From: a virus
Virus record (IMG/VR): IMGVR_UViG_3300046048_000227
Span: 1-64,000 of that record
DNA length: 64,000 nucleotides
Direction: 5' to 3' (one strand)
In this document: piece after piece, positions 61,409-64,000 of the stretch
Layout of the letters: every line of letters begins with the position of its first letter
How positions within the stretch are numbered: the first letter of the stretch is position 1
The notes under the pieces: generated by a model
Database searches by the model: none
Told to the model about the DNA's origin: nothing
Seen by the model: only the letters and a program-made list of their open reading frames with translations
Translations under genes and position numbers: made by a program

Positions 61409-61810
61409 TTATGTGTCTGTTCTGAATTTATTCATAGTCACACGATAGACAGTATCGACTAACGTATCATCACCCTCGACGAACTTTTCGTAGTTCTGCA
61501 TCAGGGTGGCAATACTTGCTACGTCGGCGGCAGTTAGCCCAATTGCTTCTAAATCTGCATCAACTATTGGGTCGTCTCCGGCAGCATTATAGCCGCGGTC
61601 AAAATACACCTGTACCATGTCGGGTATTGTGTCACTAACTTTGGCTAGGTCAGTAACCAAGCCTTTCAATGTATTTACAAAAGTAATTTTATTGCTCATG
61701 TTCCACGCCTCCTCGGCCGTGTCAAAACGAATTATTGTGCTAGCATCTAATTGAAGATACCATTGTTCTAAAAGGGGGTCATAGCCAATTTCCATTTTAT
61801 ACTCCTTCAT
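61409..61810 (-). CDS. Hypothetical protein downstream of tail gene
   Basis: ORF overlapping tail gene end. Confidence 0.65.
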   Translation of the reverse strand: MKEYKMEIGYDPLLEQWYLQLDASTIIRFDTAEEAWNMSNKITFVNTLKGLVTDLAKVSDTIPDMVQVYFDRGYNAAGDDPIVDADLEAIGLTAADVASIATLMQNYEKFVEGDDTLVDTVYRVTMNKFRTDT

Positions 61811-63998
61811 ACCAGAATGAAGCCTTGATATGTTTGTTAGCTCCGCCAGTAGACCAATTACCGCCAGTTACTGCTGGGAAAAATGCCGCAACTGTATAGC
61901 TTGCATTTATTTGAATTAGCCCCACAGCAGTAGTGCCACTATTAAGTATCCTGCAGAATTGGTATGAGTCAACATTGCTACTATTACGTTGGACAGGTAA
62001 AGATACTTGACATGCGGTATTGTCACTTAGACCTTCAATATCTATTAGTACGAAAACCATCTTACCAACACGCTTGTAGTAACAGGCTGTTCTTGACCTA
62101 GACGACCATCCAAGAAATGTTGATGGTGTGTACGAAGTCCATGCGTTTCGGTAAACATCGCTGGTCATTGTAATACAATCGTTTGTTGGCGCGCTGTTAT
62201 CTCCAACGTGTAATCCACCAGATATTATCGCCATGTTGCTTGCTGGATTGGTGCCAATCGTAGGCCCAACATAAAGACCACCCGTGCCTTTAATGTCACC
62301 ACCAATGGCAAGGACTTGGCCCGCAGTTGGATTGTATGTTCCAGGCGCGATACTGCCGGAGACTATTCCACCACCGACATGAAGGTCATTGTCTATACCA
62401 AGATAGCCTGAGGCTCCTGATTGCCAAGAAGTCGTGTTATTCCCAATAAAGACACTCCCGTTATTAAGTTCAATATAGCCAGTTGGCGAAGTGGTCAGCC
62501 CTCTAACGGAAATATAAGCGGCTAAGGTATTATCAGGATAAGTCCATATTCCAACCTGAGCATAGGTTGATGTGGCAGACGATTCGGCTATAAGGTCAAG
62601 GTAAGCATCTTCACCAGAGTAATTTCTCGCAAATCCTACGACGGTTGTATAGGATTCAACACCTTGCAACCAGTGACTATTCAAATATCCAACAGAGTCG
62701 CCATAAATATTAACAAGTCTATAAGAATGAACATCTGCATAATGGTCTCCGACAGTCATACTTATTCCACCAGCATCAATTTTGACTGAACCAGAACCAG
62801 CAGTAATCACGCCTGGACTTGTAACATCCAATGTCCCTATTATCTGAGCATTTCCAGATGATGGCAAAGTAATAATATTAGTTGTACCCCTTCTCAGGTA
62901 CAGAGTTGATGCGCTGTAATCGTACCAAAGATTGCCAATCGTACCCGTACTTAGGCCAATATGCACATCACCACTACTTAACAGTTGCATCGTGTTATAA
63001 GTACCACCGTACATATAAATACCAGCACTTGAAACGGTTACATATTCGCCACCAGCCACTCTACCAACGGTTACTGTTGAATCTTTGACAGTAAACCACG
63101 CATTGCCGTCAGATATAAATTCCATCCCAGTTCCGCTTGCCTTCAAGTAATCACCAGAATCACCATAGATTCGAACATCTACTCCTGTGTAGTAGAAAAC
63201 ACCACTTGCAGAGTTGCCTATTCGCATCTTATAAGTTCCGCTATCGACACCCATCCAAATGCCGTTTCCACTAGCATAAGTATCTGTGGAAGCTCCATCA
63301 CCCATGACAAACTTCGGCGTAGCAGGGTCTAGCCAAACTGTATTTGTTGTTCCTTCGTACAGCTTGAGGTCAAGACCATGTGCCTCAAATGATGTATCGG
63401 TCAATAGTAAATAGGTGTAGTTGGTATCCTGCCCCGCATAAAGCCCATACTCGCCCGTGAATCCAAGACCTGTCAGTTCACCCAAACGAGTATGAGTAGT
63501 GAAATTGGCAGGAGTCCACGGATTGGTTGTCCATGTGGTCACTTGACTGTAAGGCGCACCTGCCGCGTCGAGTACAGTTGCTTCCCAAACTCCATTACCA
63601 GATGCGCCGTAGTCAAGAGCAATCGAGCCTGTAAAGACTGTGGCTAATGGAACGCCTCCATCGTCCATAGCATCCCACATCCATCGTTGTTCGCCGCCTG
63701 TCAGGTCTGTATAAGTATAAACTTGACCCCATACATCTGTAACTATTAGACCTCCGCCGCTAGTATCAATTACTCTCAGCTTTACATAGTCTCCAGAAGC
63801 AAAGATAGAAACATCTTCCCACCCTTCTAAGTCCTCTACATACAGGTCTTGCGCCATGTGCAGAGTACCATCAGCGACAGCACTTGGAATTTCTGTTGTC
63901 ACGTAAATATCAGTTTCATCGTTTCCACTATCGTAGCTTGTGCTTGAAATGGTATACCAACCATTATTTCCTGTTGAGTTTTTAACACGACAATTTTG
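61797..63998 (-). CDS. Tail/tail-fibre protein, 5' end outside the window
   Basis: Frame stays open from 63902 to the window end; Gly-rich beta repeats; C-terminal W..YTP...Y.RVGK.V fibre-tip motif. Confidence 0.8.
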   Translation of the reverse strand, partial: QNCRVKNSTGNNGWYTISSTSYDSGNDETDIYVTTEIPSAVADGTLHMAQDLYVEDLEGWEDVSIFASGDYVKLRVIDTSGGGLIVTDVWGQVYTYTDLTGGEQRWMWDAMDDGGVPLATVFTGSIALDYGASGNGVWEATVLDAAGAPYSQVTTWTTNPWTPANFTTHTRLGELTGLGFTGEYGLYAGQDTNYTYLLLTDTSFEAHGLDLKLYEGTTNTVWLDPATPKFVMGDGASTDTYASGNGIWMGVDSGTYKMRIGNSASGVFYYTGVDVRIYGDSGDYLKASGTGMEFISDGNAWFTVKDSTVTVGRVAGGEYVTVSSAGIYMYGGTYNTMQLLSSGDVHIGLSTGTIGNLWYDYSASTLYLRRGTTNIITLPSSGNAQIIGTLDVTSPGVITAGSGSVKIDAGGISMTVGDHYADVHSYRLVNIYGDSVGYLNSHWLQGVESYTTVVGFARNYSGEDAYLDLIAESSATSTYAQVGIWTYPDNTLAAYISVRGLTTSPTGYIELNNGSVFIGNNTTSWQSGASGYLGIDNDLHVGGGIVSGSIAPGTYNPTAGQVLAIGGDIKGTGGLYVGPTIGTNPASNMAIISGGLHVGDNSAPTNDCITMTSDVYRNAWTSYTPSTFLGWSSRSRTACYYKRVGKMVFVLIDIEGLSDNTACQVSLPVQRNSSNVDSYQFCRILNSGTTAVGLIQINASYTVAAFFPAVTGGNWSTGGANKHIKASFWYEGV

Positions 63999-64000
63999 TC

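Overview
This window looks like a 64-kb segment of a large dsDNA bacteriophage genome (standard genetic code; no integrase or CRISPR array seen). It has five blocks. (1) 1-2.3 kb: GC/CpG-rich leader with repeats and extensive predicted pairing, possibly near a genome end. (2) 2.3-19.8 kb: dense + strand early-type small ORFs, including a radical SAM enzyme, ArdC and a Lar-like protein. (3) 19.9-35.6 kb: RNA island with 32 tRNA or tRNA-like genes (34 in the window, covering all 20 amino acids), a tmRNA, several unexplained structured RNAs (one of about 515 nt), RtcB, two DNA methyltransferases, three sulfotransferase-fold paralogs and NDT/MazG/SLOG genes. (4) 35.7-48.9 kb: virion-surface module with beta-helix proteins, very long Thr/Gly/Ala-repeat proteins and lectin-like domains. 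(5) 49-56.3 kb: replication genes (PolA, DnaB-like, ERF), converging on a minus-strand block with a metallophosphoesterase, holin, endolysin and a tail protein truncated by the window end. The strongest novel signals are: an apparently split ConA/LamG-like domain system (3 donor C-terminal peptides, 3 headless domains); at least six CDSs whose stop codons lie inside the next tRNA, in a phage carrying its own long-tag tmRNA; a large ornate ncRNA between two tRNA-Ser genes upstream of rtcB; and a dispersed 16-bp palindrome. All family assignments come from motif recognition and all RNA folds were done by eye; no searches were run.
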